The notes below the pieces were generated by a model. It saw only the letters and a list, made by a program, of their open reading frames with translations. It had not been told where the DNA came from and did no database searches. Positions 34,068-44,189 of a stretch of DNA of 62,965 nt are shown here, piece after piece. Numbering within the stretch: the stretch's first letter is position 1; every line of letters starts with the position of its first letter. Made by a program: the position numbers and the translations under genes. Source of the stretch: an uncultured bacterium (GTDB lineage: Bacteria; Omnitrophota; Omnitrophia; Omnitrophales; Aquincolibacteriaceae); assembly GCA_964385615.1 (NCBI GenBank), contig CAYLPP010000001.1:38220-101184 (forward strand). Direction: 5' to 3'.

Positions 34068-35474
34068 ATGAAAAATGACGCAGGCCTGATCGGGCTCGCC
34101 GTGATGGGCAAAAATCTTGTTTTAAACATTGAACGCAATGGTTTCAAAGTTTCTGTTTTCAACCGCACTTTTGAAACCACCTCTGAATTTCTCGCCAATG
34201 AAGCGAAAGGCAAAAACATCACGGGCCATAAAACCCTTGAGGAATTTGTCGCTTCTTTAGAAAAACCGCGCCGGGTGCTGGTCATGGTCAAGGCCGGAAA
34301 ACCGGTAGATGAAGTCATATCACATCTCCGTCCCCTTCTTGAAAAAGGCGATATTCTGATCGATTGCGGAAATTCTCTCTATAAAGACACGGAGCGGCGC
34401 ACCGCGGAATTTGAAGGAAGCGGTATTCAATATATGGGAATGGGCGTCAGCGGAGGTGAAGAGGGCGCTCTTTGGGGCCCAAGTATTATGCCGGGCGGTG
34501 ATAAATCCGCTTTTGAAAAAATTGAACCTATCCTGAAAAAAATCGCGGCAGATTCCGATACGGGCCGCTGTTTCGCGCATATCGGCAAGGGCGGCGCGGG
34601 TCATTTCGTGAAAATGGTTCACAACGGCATTGAGTACGGCGACATGCAGTTGATCGCTGAAACCTACGACATCATGCGCCGCGGCCTGGGCATGAGCGCG
34701 CCGGAAATCGCGGATATTTTCGCGAAATGGAATGAAGGCATCCTTAAAAGTTATCTGATTGAAATCACGGCCAAGGTCTTAAAACACAAAGATCCTGCCG
34801 ACAAAGCTTATCTGGTTGATCTGATTCTGGACAAAGCCGGCCAGAAAGGCACGGGCGGATGGACCGTCAAAGCCGCGATGGAAGAAGGTGTGGCCATCCC
34901 CACCATCACGGCGGCAGTTGACGCGCGCACGCTCAGTTCTTTAAAAGAAGAGCGTGTTAAAGCCGCGAAAATCTACTCCAGCCTTTCCTGGAAAAAAGAA
35001 AAAGGCGGTAAGGAACTGATCGACAAGCTGATGCTGGCGCTCTACGCCTCCAAAATCTGCTCTTACGCGCAGGGTTTCGCGCTCATGAACGCGGTCAGCA
35101 AAATCAGCAATTACAATCTAAACCTTTCAGAGATCGCGCGCATCTGGAAGGGCGGATGCATCATCCGCGCCATTTTCCTCGACCGCATCCGTAAAGCTTT
35201 CGCCGATAATCCTTCACTGACTAACCTTCTGATCGACCCGGGATTCCAGCAGGATCTTTTAAAGTCGGCCTCAGCCTGGCAGGACGTTTTGGTTTTCGCG
35301 GTCACTCACGGCATCCCGGCGCCGGCCATAAGCGTTTCGTTCGCTTACTTTACTTCGTACGTGACTGAAAATCTTCCGGCTAATCTGATTCAGGCCCAGC
35401 GTGATTTCTTCGGCGCGCATACTTACGAGCGCATCGACAAACCCGGCATCTTTCACACTCACTGGCCGTCCTGA
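34068..35474 (+). CDS. gnd: 6-phosphogluconate dehydrogenase (decarboxylating)
   Basis: GLIGLAVMGKNLVLNIERNGF.V.VFNRT Rossmann N-terminus. GHFVKMVHNGIEYGDMQLI and RDFFGAHTYERID motifs. Confidence 0.9.
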   Translation: MKNDAGLIGLAVMGKNLVLNIERNGFKVSVFNRTFETTSEFLANEAKGKNITGHKTLEEFVASLEKPRRVLVMVKAGKPVDEVISHLRPLLEKGDILIDCGNSLYKDTERRTAEFEGSGIQYMGMGVSGGEEGALWGPSIMPGGDKSAFEKIEPILKKIAADSDTGRCFAHIGKGGAGHFVKMVHNGIEYGDMQLIAETYDIMRRGLGMSAPEIADIFAKWNEGILKSYLIEITAKVLKHKDPADKAYLVDLILDKAGQKGTGGWTVKAAMEEGVAIPTITAAVDARTLSSLKEERVKAAKIYSSLSWKKEKGGKELIDKLMLALYASKICSYAQGFALMNAVSKISNYNLNLSEIARIWKGGCIIRAIFLDRIRKAFADNPSLTNLLIDPGFQQDLLKSASAWQDVLVFAVTHGIPAPAISVSFAYFTSYVTENLPANLIQAQRDFFGAHTYERIDKPGIFHTHWPS

Positions 35475-37012
35475 TGGAAACACACGTTCCCATCAAGGTC
35501 ACGGCGCATGAACAGCTGTGCATTGAGCGTGTTCCCCACCGCCCCTGCGGGTTCATTATTTTCGGCGCTTCAGGCGACCTAAGCAAACGCAAGTTATTGC
35601 CCGCCTTATTTAATCTGTACCGGGAAAAACTTTTGCCCAAAAAGTTTTTCGTGCTGGGCACGGGACGCACGGAATGGAATGACACGAAATTCCGGGAAAC
35701 CGCCGTGGAAACGCTGAAAGAAAACGGCAAACGCGATCCGGAAATGATCAAAGCCTTTTCCGAACGGCTTTATTACTCTCCTTGTGACTACACGAAAGAA
35801 GCTTCTTTTGAAGGTTTCAAGAAGGTTCTGGATTCACTCGATCAGAAACACGAGGCCGGAGGAAACGCCATTTTTTATCTCTCGATTCCCCCGTCGGTTT
35901 ATGACACAACCATCCGCAACCTGATTGCCTCGGGAATGCTTCGCCCCGACAATTCAGAGGCCCCGCAAACCCAAATCGTCGTGGAAAAACCTTTCGGCAC
36001 GGATTTAAAATCCGCGCGTTCCCTGAAAACCGAAACCATGAAGGGACTTTCCGAACATCAGATTTACCGCATTGATCACTATCTTGGCAAAGAGACCGTG
36101 CAGAATATCCTGATGTTCCGTTTTGCCAATTCCATTTTTGAACCGGTCTGGAACCGCGAGTTCATTGACCACATTCAAATTTCTGCCGCCGAAACCCTCG
36201 GCGTCGAGCACCGGGCGGGTTACTATGAATCCGCGGGCGTTCTGAGGGATATGTTTCAGAACCATATGCTGGAACTTCTTTCACTGGTCGCCATGGAACC
36301 TCCTCAGTCGTTCGACCCTGAACATTACCGTGAAGAAAAAGTCAAAGTTCTCAAGCAGATCCGCCCGATTCCCGGCGGAGAGATTGAAGAGTTTTTCGTG
36401 CGCGGACAATACGCGCCCGGCCAAATTAACGGCGCGAAAACCATCGGTTACCGTGAAGAAGAAGATGTGAATCCTGCCTCAGAAATCGAAACCTTCGCGG
36501 CCTTAAAGCTCTTTGTTGATAACCCCCGGTGGGAAGGCGTGCCTTTTTATCTTCGCTCCGGAAAACGTATGGCTGAGCGCACGACTGAAATTATTATTCA
36601 ATTCAAACATATCCCTCATTCCATTTTCACGCGTGTGCCTCCGGATCAAATTCCGGCCAACCGGCTTTATATCCGCATCCAGCCCAATGAAGGCATTCAG
36701 CTGTGCTTTAACGCTAAGCATCCAGGCCCGAAAATGTGCATGGCTACTTTGGGTTTGGAATTCAACTACAACACTGTTTTTGATGAAAAAGATTTGAGCG
36801 CTTATGAGCGCCTGATTCTCGACTGTATGCACGCCGATCCGACTCTTTTCGTCAGTCAGGATATGGTGGAGGTCGCGTGGGCCCTGGTTGAAAATATTCT
36901 CCACACATTCAAAAGCTCTCATCCGCCCAAACTGCATTTTTATCCTTCCGGTTCCTGGGGTCCGGAAGAAGCCATGAAACTTCTTAGCCGGGACGGGCGG
37001 TCATGGCGGTAA
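35474..37012 (+). CDS. zwf: Glucose-6-phosphate 1-dehydrogenase
   Basis: IFGASGDLSKRKLLPAL and IYRIDHYLGKE signature motifs. Confidence 0.9.
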   Translation: METHVPIKVTAHEQLCIERVPHRPCGFIIFGASGDLSKRKLLPALFNLYREKLLPKKFFVLGTGRTEWNDTKFRETAVETLKENGKRDPEMIKAFSERLYYSPCDYTKEASFEGFKKVLDSLDQKHEAGGNAIFYLSIPPSVYDTTIRNLIASGMLRPDNSEAPQTQIVVEKPFGTDLKSARSLKTETMKGLSEHQIYRIDHYLGKETVQNILMFRFANSIFEPVWNREFIDHIQISAAETLGVEHRAGYYESAGVLRDMFQNHMLELLSLVAMEPPQSFDPEHYREEKVKVLKQIRPIPGGEIEEFFVRGQYAPGQINGAKTIGYREEEDVNPASEIETFAALKLFVDNPRWEGVPFYLRSGKRMAERTTEIIIQFKHIPHSIFTRVPPDQIPANRLYIRIQPNEGIQLCFNAKHPGPKMCMATLGLEFNYNTVFDEKDLSAYERLILDCMHADPTLFVSQDMVEVAWALVENILHTFKSSHPPKLHFYPSGSWGPEEAMKLLSRDGRSWR

Positions 37013-37704
37013 TCAGCCGGGCTGAAACACCCGAAGAGCTTTTCACCCAAACCGCGGAATTTATCCTTTCACTCGCTGAAAAATCTAAGGATAAATTCTT
37101 CACGGTCGCACTGGCCGGAGGCTCCACTCCAAAAGGTCTTTACCAGAGAATGATTTCCCCTCAGTTCATAAACCGCTTTCCTTGGGAGAAAATGCATTTT
37201 TTCTGGGGGGACGAACGGTGGGTTTCTTCTTCTGACAGCCGGAGTAATGAGCGCATGGCCCGTGAATCCATGCTTTCACCCGCGGGTGTTCCGGAATCTC
37301 ATATTCACGCGGTCGATACCAGCCTGCCTTCTCCGCAAGCGAGTGCTGAAAATTACGGAGTGGTGATTCGGGATTTCTTCAAATCAGGCAGTCAGATACC
37401 GCGCTTCAGCCTGGTTCTTTTAGGGCTCGGCGACGACGGTCACACCGCCTCCCTTTTCCCCGGGGATCCCGTGCTGAATGAAAATGAAAAAATCACGGCC
37501 GCGGCCAAACTCGAAACCCCGGAACCGCGGATCACTATGACTTATCCGCTGATTAATGCCGCTGAAAATATCGCGTTTCTGGTGAGCGGAGAGAGTAAGA
37601 AGAAAATTTTAAGCGAGATTTTTTCTAAAAATTGCCCCGTGCCCTACCCTGCCATGAAGATACGCCCATCTTCCGGAAATCTTTTCTGGTTTATTTCGGG
37701 CTGA
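37003..37704 (+). CDS. pgl: 6-phosphogluconolactonase
   Basis: LAGGSTPKGLY, WGDERWV and LLGLGDDGHTASLFPG motifs. Overlaps the zwf stop. Confidence 0.85.
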   Translation: MAVISRAETPEELFTQTAEFILSLAEKSKDKFFTVALAGGSTPKGLYQRMISPQFINRFPWEKMHFFWGDERWVSSSDSRSNERMARESMLSPAGVPESHIHAVDTSLPSPQASAENYGVVIRDFFKSGSQIPRFSLVLLGLGDDGHTASLFPGDPVLNENEKITAAAKLETPEPRITMTYPLINAAENIAFLVSGESKKKILSEIFSKNCPVPYPAMKIRPSSGNLFWFISG

Positions 37705-38218
37705 CCCCGGCAGTTTGCGCCAGGCCGTAATCCTTTTCGATATTCGCCTTCACCTGCTGAGCGTCAAACACTGTCACCGGTGAATCCGCGGGCTCTTCCT
37801 TGTAACACCGGATCATGAAATAAATTCCAGGCACGGAATAAGTGTAGGTCTGCCAAACCGTGTAATAAGAATCGAAACAGTGACGGCCGATACAGCCGAT
37901 GCGCGCGGGCTCAGGAAGACTCTGATCCATTTTTTTAGAATCTTCTTTTTCGGTCAGTACGGTGAAGTAGCGGTAGCCGTTGGTGAGCGTAATATCGGCA
38001 CTGCGCAGGAGAGCATAATCCGAAACCGTTTTGATATCCGCGTCACTCCGGCCGCGGTACTGCACGCTGTAAACGCCTTCCTGGATTTTGGTATCGGAAT
38101 AACCGTCCCCGGCGGATCCCCGGGCGGGATGGTACTGCAAGGCTGACGCACAGCCGGTTAAACTTATAAGAAGAACCCCTAAAAAGGCAGACCGTCTAAA
38201 CATGCCTTTATTATACAC
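37691..38218 (-). CDS. Lipoprotein of unknown function
   Basis: Signal peptide with the LISLTGC lipobox. No recognisable catalytic motif. Confidence 0.5.
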   Translation of the reverse strand: MYNKGMFRRSAFLGVLLISLTGCASALQYHPARGSAGDGYSDTKIQEGVYSVQYRGRSDADIKTVSDYALLRSADITLTNGYRYFTVLTEKEDSKKMDQSLPEPARIGCIGRHCFDSYYTVWQTYTYSVPGIYFMIRCYKEEPADSPVTVFDAQQVKANIEKDYGLAQTAGVSPK

Positions 38219-38221
38219 GGG

Positions 38222-38917
38222 TCAATACCCCGCGCGGCGCTCTAATTCATCTTTAAGAACAAAACGGATGGGGATTTCCAATTCAGACTCCACATTCATC
38301 ATGCCGATATGAGCGGGTTCAAACTTCCATTTTTTCACGGTTTTGACCGCGGTGTCATCCAGAATACGGTAACCTGACTTCTGTTTAACAGTCACGCTCC
38401 GCGGACGGCCGGCAGTGTCCACGTTCACAATCAAAACAACCAGCCCTTCCTGACCTTTCTGCAAGGCTTCAGCGGGATACGGCGGAGGTGGATTGCTCAG
38501 ATAGCCCGCTTTATCGGTAGTAGAACCGCCAGGAGAATAAAAAGTCGTCCGGCTCTGGCCGGGGATTTCGGAACTGCCGTCACCGGTAAACGGCGTGTCA
38601 TTCGTGAATGTGTAATCTTTCTGTTTCTTATCTTTTTCAGGTTTTGTTTTTTGAACCGGTGCCTGGTGCTCCTCTTGGATTTTTTCTTCCGCTTCTTCCG
38701 GTTTGTTTTCTTCCTTTGCCTTGACGGCGGATTTCACCGCTGTCTCAGGCATGGCGGCGATCAGGCTGACCTCGATACCGCCCGTGCTGGCATCCACACC
38801 ATACTGGGCCTGCTGGACAAAAGCCAGACCGCTTCCAAAAAAAATAAAAAAATGAGCTCCGCCCGCCAAAAGACAGCTGGCCAGCCATTTTTTCGGAAGC
38901 TTATCGAGGAATTTCAC
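38222..38917 (-). CDS. tonB: Energy transducer TonB
   Basis: N-terminal anchor, K/E/P-rich spacer and C-terminal PPPPYPAEALQKGQEG.V.L...V...G....V.V..SSGY..LD..A..AV.KW.F.PA domain. Confidence 0.8.
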   Translation of the reverse strand: MKFLDKLPKKWLASCLLAGGAHFFIFFGSGLAFVQQAQYGVDASTGGIEVSLIAAMPETAVKSAVKAKEENKPEEAEEKIQEEHQAPVQKTKPEKDKKQKDYTFTNDTPFTGDGSSEIPGQSRTTFYSPGGSTTDKAGYLSNPPPPYPAEALQKGQEGLVVLIVNVDTAGRPRSVTVKQKSGYRILDDTAVKTVKKWKFEPAHIGMMNVESELEIPIRFVLKDELERRAGY

Positions 38918-39357
38918 GGTTTAACCTCCGGCACGGCTTCCTTGACCGCGCCTTTGGTTTGAATTGAAACTTTTTCAATCCCCGCCTTGCGTATCTTGTC
39001 CAGCACCGCGACCACATCCCCGTAATATGAAAGCTCATCTCCATTCACAAAAACCTTCTGCTCCGGGTTTCCGGCTTTTAAAGCCCGTAGTTTTTCCAGC
39101 AGTTCCGCCGGGCCGGTTTTTTCTTTGTTCAGGTAAAGATCTCCGTTTTCCTTCACGGTCACCGTAGCTGAAACATCCGGATCTCTTTCAAGAGCGGTCC
39201 CCGTAGCCGCGGAAGGCAGGCGAACAGAAATCCCCTGGTTCTTGATCATGGAAAACGACACCATGACGAAGGTTGCCAGGAGGAAAAAAATAATATCAAT
39301 CAGCGGGATGATTTCAATGCGCGCGCGCCGCTTGGCGTAGCTCTGACGGAGCCTCAT
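38914..39357 (-). CDS. exbD: Biopolymer transport protein ExbD/TolR
   Basis: Start reset to ATG at 39357 (MRLRQSYAKRRARIEIIPLIDIIFFLL). The longer track ORF is an unlikely N-terminal extension running into exbB. Confidence 0.8.
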   Translation of the reverse strand: MRLRQSYAKRRARIEIIPLIDIIFFLLATFVMVSFSMIKNQGISVRLPSAATGTALERDPDVSATVTVKENGDLYLNKEKTGPAELLEKLRALKAGNPEQKVFVNGDELSYYGDVVAVLDKIRKAGIEKVSIQTKGAVKEAVPEVKP

Positions 39358-39967
39358 AAAATCCCCTTTCTGATTTGGATTTGGCCAATAAAGATTCCAG
39401 CAGAGAGCCGGCGTTTTCCATCTGATGGCGCATATTCTCAACATAAGCATTCAGCCAGTTAAACGGAATCAGGCAGAAAATCGCGATCCCAAGACCAAAC
39501 GCGGTCGCGATCAAAGCTTCCGCGATCCCGCCCGTAATGGCCGCGGGCGCTTCCAGCTCCGCGCCGCCCAGAAGTCCGAACGCGCGGATCATTCCGGTCA
39601 CAGTGCCCAGGAGCCCGAGCAGAGGCGCCAGGGTGATGATGGTATCGAGTACCGGAAGACCACGCTCATATTTTTTAAGTTCCGTGCTGGCTGAAGCGTA
39701 AAGCGCCGTTTGAAGCGTCTGTTTGTGTTTCAAGCCGGAGATCAGCATCTTCACCACAGGGTCTTTGAGCTTTTCCCCCGCCGCCTTCGCCTGATCCAGC
39801 TCACCCCGCTCGACAAAATAGAAAATCTTTTTCCGTGATTCTTTACGTTCCGCGGCTTTCTGCATCCAGACAAACAGAATCCGCTCAAAAACCACAGTCA
39901 TTCCCGTAATTGAAGCCAATAGAAGCGGCCACATGATCGGCCCGCCTTTTTCAAACATTGCGAACAT
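39314..39967 (-). CDS. exbB: MotA/TolQ/ExbB proton channel
   Basis: Start reset to ATG at 39967, with GGAGGT 6-11 nt upstream. LAPLLGLLGTVTGMIRAF and GIAEALIATAFGL motifs. Confidence 0.8.
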   Translation of the reverse strand: MFAMFEKGGPIMWPLLLASITGMTVVFERILFVWMQKAAERKESRKKIFYFVERGELDQAKAAGEKLKDPVVKMLISGLKHKQTLQTALYASASTELKKYERGLPVLDTIITLAPLLGLLGTVTGMIRAFGLLGGAELEAPAAITGGIAEALIATAFGLGIAIFCLIPFNWLNAYVENMRHQMENAGSLLESLLAKSKSERGFYEAPSELRQAARAH

Positions 39968-41051
39968 TTTTACCTCCGTTAAATATTTTAGATTTTTTAA
40001 ACCGGAACAAAGCCATCGAAAAACCCGTCCAGACCAGCATGACAATTCCGCAAGCCGATAAAAATGCAATAACCTGAGTGACCCACCCGAAAGATTCTCC
40101 GGTGTGAAGAAATTTAGTCCAGGTGCGCGCTTTTCTTCCGGCGTTATAATTTGCGTAAGGCTCCCAAGTAAGGGTCTCACCGGTTTGCGGATCCAGCACA
40201 AGCTTGGATTTCATAAAATTCCTGGCCGTTCCCGCTTCGCGGAGATAAATCACGGCCGGATCGCCCGGGCGTTTTAATCGAATAGAAGCCGACTGCCAGC
40301 CGGGGGCCTGCCGGTCAATTCCGGATTTCAGCAAATCAAAATTAACCGCCGATTTATCCGGCGGCCCCTGATATCTTTTTTGCATCATCTCTGCCGCGGG
40401 AGGCTCACTGCCCGTCACGCGGTAAAGAAGATGGTTGGCCCACGCGTAAGACATGATTAAACCCGTCAAGGTAGTCATCAGAAGCATGGGCAGGCACCAG
40501 AATCCGATGGTGTTATGCCAGTTCCAGTCGCGGGCTTTACCGCTCAGACCGGGCTTGAATTTCATGGTTTTTCGGGGCCACCATAAATAAAATCCACCAA
40601 GAATTAAAAAGAAAAAAGCCGCATTGCAGAAATGCGTGACCGCGCCCCCGGTTTCTCCGTTTAACAATTTCCGGTGCAAGTCTTCAACCCAATGCATGAA
40701 GTCCCGCACTTTAGAACCCCGGCCCAAAATTTCCCCAGTGTAGGGATGGATGTAAACCATCCCGCCGTCTTTACCGAATTGAGCTATCACCGCCGTGTCC
40801 GGCGCGGACTCCAGCAGAATCCCGCTCAGCTTACTGCCGGGCATGGCCATTTGAGCCTTAACCGCGATTGGGTTTAAGGACATTCTTTCCGCCGGTGACG
40901 GGATTTCGACGTGACGGATTTTTCTTTCCGCGAAATCCACAATCTGCGGTTCAAAAGCCATGATGGATCCGGTCACGGCCATCACGAAAATAACCGCTCC
41001 AACCGTGACCCCGGTGATCAGGTGAATCCAGAAAATAGTTTTACGCAGCAT
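39951..41051 (-). CDS. PepSY-associated TM-helix protein (PiuB-like iron-regulated membrane protein)
   Basis: The N-terminus IFWIHLITGVTVGAVIFVMAVTGSIMAF is typical of PepSY_TM proteins. Four TM segments. Sits between piuC-like and exbB. Confidence 0.75.
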   Translation of the reverse strand: MLRKTIFWIHLITGVTVGAVIFVMAVTGSIMAFEPQIVDFAERKIRHVEIPSPAERMSLNPIAVKAQMAMPGSKLSGILLESAPDTAVIAQFGKDGGMVYIHPYTGEILGRGSKVRDFMHWVEDLHRKLLNGETGGAVTHFCNAAFFFLILGGFYLWWPRKTMKFKPGLSGKARDWNWHNTIGFWCLPMLLMTTLTGLIMSYAWANHLLYRVTGSEPPAAEMMQKRYQGPPDKSAVNFDLLKSGIDRQAPGWQSASIRLKRPGDPAVIYLREAGTARNFMKSKLVLDPQTGETLTWEPYANYNAGRKARTWTKFLHTGESFGWVTQVIAFLSACGIVMLVWTGFSMALFRFKKSKIFNGGKNVRNV

Positions 41052-41731
41052 CAGACCTCAGCCCATTGGCGAAGCAAGTTATTATAAACTCCAGTCAACT
41101 CAACAGAGGAGGAATGATTCGGCATATCTCTGAGAATTTTCTGAATCGCGATATCCAGATCATAAAGCACGGTACGCCGCGCGTCTTCACGCACCATGCT
41201 TTGAATCCAGAAAAAAGAAGCCGTGCGCGCGCCGCTGATCACCGGCGTCACATGATGAAGGCTTGAAGCCGGATAAAGCACCATATGCCCCGCAGGCAAT
41301 TTCACGCTCTGAATGCCGTAAGTATCTTCAATCGTCAATTCTCCTCCCTCGTATTCATCCGGCGAGCTTAAAAAAAGCGTGGCGGAAAGGTCGGTGCGGA
41401 TGCGCACAGGCGTATTCGGGATATGGCGGATGGCATTGTCCACATGCGTACCGAAAGACTGGCCGACCCGATAGCGGTTAAACAACGGCGGAAAGACATG
41501 AAGCGGAAGCGCCGCGGAAATAAAATGCGTGTTCTGCCCCAGCGCTTTCAGGATCATATCGCCGGCTTCCCTCGATGCCGGATGGTTTTCCGGCACCTGC
41601 AAATTGACCTTGGCTTTGGCGGACTGATGACCCGCGGTCACCCGGCCGTCGACCCACTCGGCTTTGTCCAGAATTTCTCTCGTTTTTTTAACCTGCTCCG
41701 GATTTAGAACTTCAGGAATCGAAACAATCAT
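41051..41731 (-). CDS. Fe(II)/2-oxoglutarate-dependent PKHD-type hydroxylase (PiuC/YbiX family)
   Basis: 226 aa. HVDNAIR (HxD), downstream H (LHHV) and R..SFF. Lies directly downstream of a TonB-dependent receptor, as in fiu-ybiX and piuA-piuC loci. Confidence 0.8.
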   Translation of the reverse strand: MIVSIPEVLNPEQVKKTREILDKAEWVDGRVTAGHQSAKAKVNLQVPENHPASREAGDMILKALGQNTHFISAALPLHVFPPLFNRYRVGQSFGTHVDNAIRHIPNTPVRIRTDLSATLFLSSPDEYEGGELTIEDTYGIQSVKLPAGHMVLYPASSLHHVTPVISGARTASFFWIQSMVREDARRTVLYDLDIAIQKILRDMPNHSSSVELTGVYNNLLRQWAEV

Positions 41732-41746
41732 GGAATCTCCGTTTTT

Positions 41747-43948
41747 TTAATCGAAATCAACATCCGTACTGAAAACCATAGACCGCCCGGGGCCGGGAAT
41801 AAAATGCCCGCCGCCAACCGATCCGATATATTTTTCATTCGTGATGTTGTAAATATTAAACCGGAACGTGAAATGTTCGCGGAACTTGTAAGACGCCATG
41901 GCATCAAACAACAGGTAGCTTGGCGCTTTACGCGTATTCGTATTACTGTTGAAACGGCGGTCCACATAATTCAGTCCGCCGCCAACCTGAAAATCCCAGG
42001 GCAAATCATACGTTGACCACAGGCTGAAGCTGTGCGAAGGCGTATTGCTCAGGTCCTTATCGATTTCCGCGGCCGTTTTGGATTCCAGAACCCGGCTGTT
42101 TAAAAACGTGTACCCGGTAAACACCCGCCAGTCTTTTGTGACACTCCCGGCAGCGCCCAGCTCAACCCCCATAATTCTCTGCCGGCCTTCCAGTACCGTA
42201 AGGTCACTAGGGTCAGCGGCATCTTGCGTGCGCGCGTTGGTTTTCGTGGTATGAAAAACAGCCGCGTTCAGCTGAAGTTTTTCCTGAAGCACGTCCCACT
42301 TGGTTCCAATTTCAAAAGTACGCGTCTTTTCAGGATCCGCGTCAATTGGATTCGATAAGGGATTCGCCCCCGTGGGAGGGGTACTGGCGCTTAGCGTCAA
42401 ACCTTCGGCGGATGGATTAAAAGAAACGCCGTAACCAAAATAGATGCTTCCAATCTCCACGGGCTTGTAAACAATGCCGGCGTTCCAGCTCAAAGGATAA
42501 TCCACACGGTGAAGCGAATCACCGGTATTTGGGCCGAAAGCCACATTGAAATAGTCCCACCGCAAACCGCCGTTAACATCCAGCCAATCCGTTACGGCAA
42601 TCGTGTCAAAACTGTAAAGGGAAAGCGTGTTTGCCTTTGCCGTCGCTTTATGACCTGTTCTGGCGTAATTTTCCAGGTAAGGATCAGACGGGTCAGGACT
42701 AAACAAATCCGTGCTTGGCGAATCCGGCCCCGTCGGCTGGCGGTCGTAGTTGGTGTCGTTCTCATAGTTATACTCAATGCCGGCCACCAGTTTGTGCTTC
42801 AGATCAAAAGTTTCAAACTGAGAAATCAGCTCCATCTGATTCGCGAAGATCGAATCGACCTGATCACGGGACTTTTCATCCGAACGGCGGATCAGCGTGC
42901 TGGAGTTCGGCACAAAACGAGGCGCCGTGATCAGTGAGTCCCGGTAGTTCCGGCCATAGCGGAACAGGTCGCGGAACGTTAGAGAGTCGTTAAAATCATG
43001 CTGGAACTCCGCGGTCACCATCGTGGTATTAATTTTTTCGTAGTCCCGGCCGGACAAGCCGTAAAAATTATTGTAATCCACAGGGGCAGGGTAATTTTCC
43101 ATGCCCGCCAGCGCGCCGCGGTCACTGCCGGCAGGGATCCAGGGAATGCCGTAATCCGGAATATTATTCTGATGCATATGAAAAACTCCGGCTTTCAAAC
43201 GCGTCGCCGTTCCCATGCCCAACGCGATCGTGGGCGAAATTCCCCAGCGCTGGTTTTCAGCCACCTTACGCCCGGGAGTGTCGGTATGAAAAATCATACT
43301 GTTCACCCGCACCGCGGCGCCTTCAACTCCTTCAATCTGCTGGTTAACATCAATCGTGGCGCGCTGGTACTCATCCGTTCCATAACCATAAGAACCTTTG
43401 TAAAAATTTCTCAACTGCGGCATTTTTGAAACCATATTGATCAGCCCGCCGGTAGCACCTCGGCCCGCGAAAGAAGACGAAGGTCCTTTGACCACTTCGA
43501 TCTGCTCAAAAGCGAATGGGTCGCGCGTGTAACCGCCGATATCACGGATGCCATCGACAAAAAAATCGGTGCGCGCGCTAAAACCCCGGATCGAAAGTTG
43601 ATCGCCCGCCGGCACTCCGCCCTCGCCCGCCTGAATGCTGATCCCCGGCACATTACGCAGGACCTCACGCAGGCTGGTGGCATTTTGATCTTTCATCACG
43701 GCTTCCGGGACAACCTGAATCGTTTGTGGAATATCACGGATCGGTTCCGTGTATTTCGTCGAAGAAACCGTGGTCGGTTTGTAGGACTTCTTATCTTGCT
43801 GGCCGCGAACCACAACTTCCGGCATGGCCGAAGTAATCTTCTTGGTATCTTCAGCTCCGTAAATAATGTCATGAGTAACGACCATGGCGAAACCGAGGAC
43901 GACCATGATCATGGCAAAGGGACGCAAACTCAATTTGACCCGCTTCAT
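41747..43948 (-). CDS. TonB-dependent siderophore (catecholate-type, Fiu/PiuA-like) outer-membrane receptor
   Basis: Signal peptide, plug motifs (IEVVKGPSS, GGLINMV) and a C-terminal beta-barrel ending in F. Start reset to ATG 43948, with GAGGGAG upstream. Confidence 0.85.
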   Translation of the reverse strand: MKRVKLSLRPFAMIMVVLGFAMVVTHDIIYGAEDTKKITSAMPEVVVRGQQDKKSYKPTTVSSTKYTEPIRDIPQTIQVVPEAVMKDQNATSLREVLRNVPGISIQAGEGGVPAGDQLSIRGFSARTDFFVDGIRDIGGYTRDPFAFEQIEVVKGPSSSFAGRGATGGLINMVSKMPQLRNFYKGSYGYGTDEYQRATIDVNQQIEGVEGAAVRVNSMIFHTDTPGRKVAENQRWGISPTIALGMGTATRLKAGVFHMHQNNIPDYGIPWIPAGSDRGALAGMENYPAPVDYNNFYGLSGRDYEKINTTMVTAEFQHDFNDSLTFRDLFRYGRNYRDSLITAPRFVPNSSTLIRRSDEKSRDQVDSIFANQMELISQFETFDLKHKLVAGIEYNYENDTNYDRQPTGPDSPSTDLFSPDPSDPYLENYARTGHKATAKANTLSLYSFDTIAVTDWLDVNGGLRWDYFNVAFGPNTGDSLHRVDYPLSWNAGIVYKPVEIGSIYFGYGVSFNPSAEGLTLSASTPPTGANPLSNPIDADPEKTRTFEIGTKWDVLQEKLQLNAAVFHTTKTNARTQDAADPSDLTVLEGRQRIMGVELGAAGSVTKDWRVFTGYTFLNSRVLESKTAAEIDKDLSNTPSHSFSLWSTYDLPWDFQVGGGLNYVDRRFNSNTNTRKAPSYLLFDAMASYKFREHFTFRFNIYNITNEKYIGSVGGGHFIPGPGRSMVFSTDVDFD

Positions 43949-43994
43949 TTTTAAATTCTCCCTCAAAAAAAATGATTAGCTGGGTCTAAGTTTC

Positions 43995-44030
43995 AAAAAA
44001 ACGCCGTCCCTGGCTGTTTAAAGGCGTTTT
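43995..44030 (-). terminator. Possible terminator after the hemP-like ORF
   Basis: Minus strand: AAAACGCC-17 nt-GGCGTTTT followed by a T-run. The loop is large, so confidence is only moderate. Confidence 0.35.
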
Positions 44031-44042
44031 CCAAATCAAAAA

Positions 44043-44189
44043 TTACTTATTTAAAATTAATTTTCCCGCTTTGGTAATCTGAAGACGGTAATGCGAATCT
44101 CCGTGGATAATAATAATTTCCCGCTCATTTTGAAAAAGATCCTCAGACTTCACGGTCTTTTTCTCTTTAGGGAATTCCTGCCCCGTCAC
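44043..44189 (-). CDS. hemP: HemP/HmuP-like small hemin-uptake protein (48 aa, absent from the ORF track)
   Basis: My translation is VTGQEFPKEKKTVKSEDLFQNEREIIIIHGDSHYRLQITKAGKLILNK*. The C-terminal I.H.G..Y.L..T..GKLIL.K is the HemP family signature. The GTG start overlaps the upstream stop (GTGA). Confidence 0.55.
   Translation of the reverse strand: MTGQEFPKEKKTVKSEDLFQNEREIIIIHGDSHYRLQITKAGKLILNK

Noticed and set aside
38914-40201. The long track versions of exbD (178 aa) and exbB (295 aa).
   Set aside because: The N-terminal extensions have no homology to these families and overlap upstream genes extensively. Internal ATGs (39357, and 39967 with a GGAGGT RBS) give canonical N-termini.
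43949-43990. A Fur box upstream of the TonB-dependent receptor (AATCATT within GCTAATCATTTTTTTT).
   Set aside because: Only a 7-nt partial match to the 19-bp Fur consensus. It cannot be distinguished from background AT-rich sequence.
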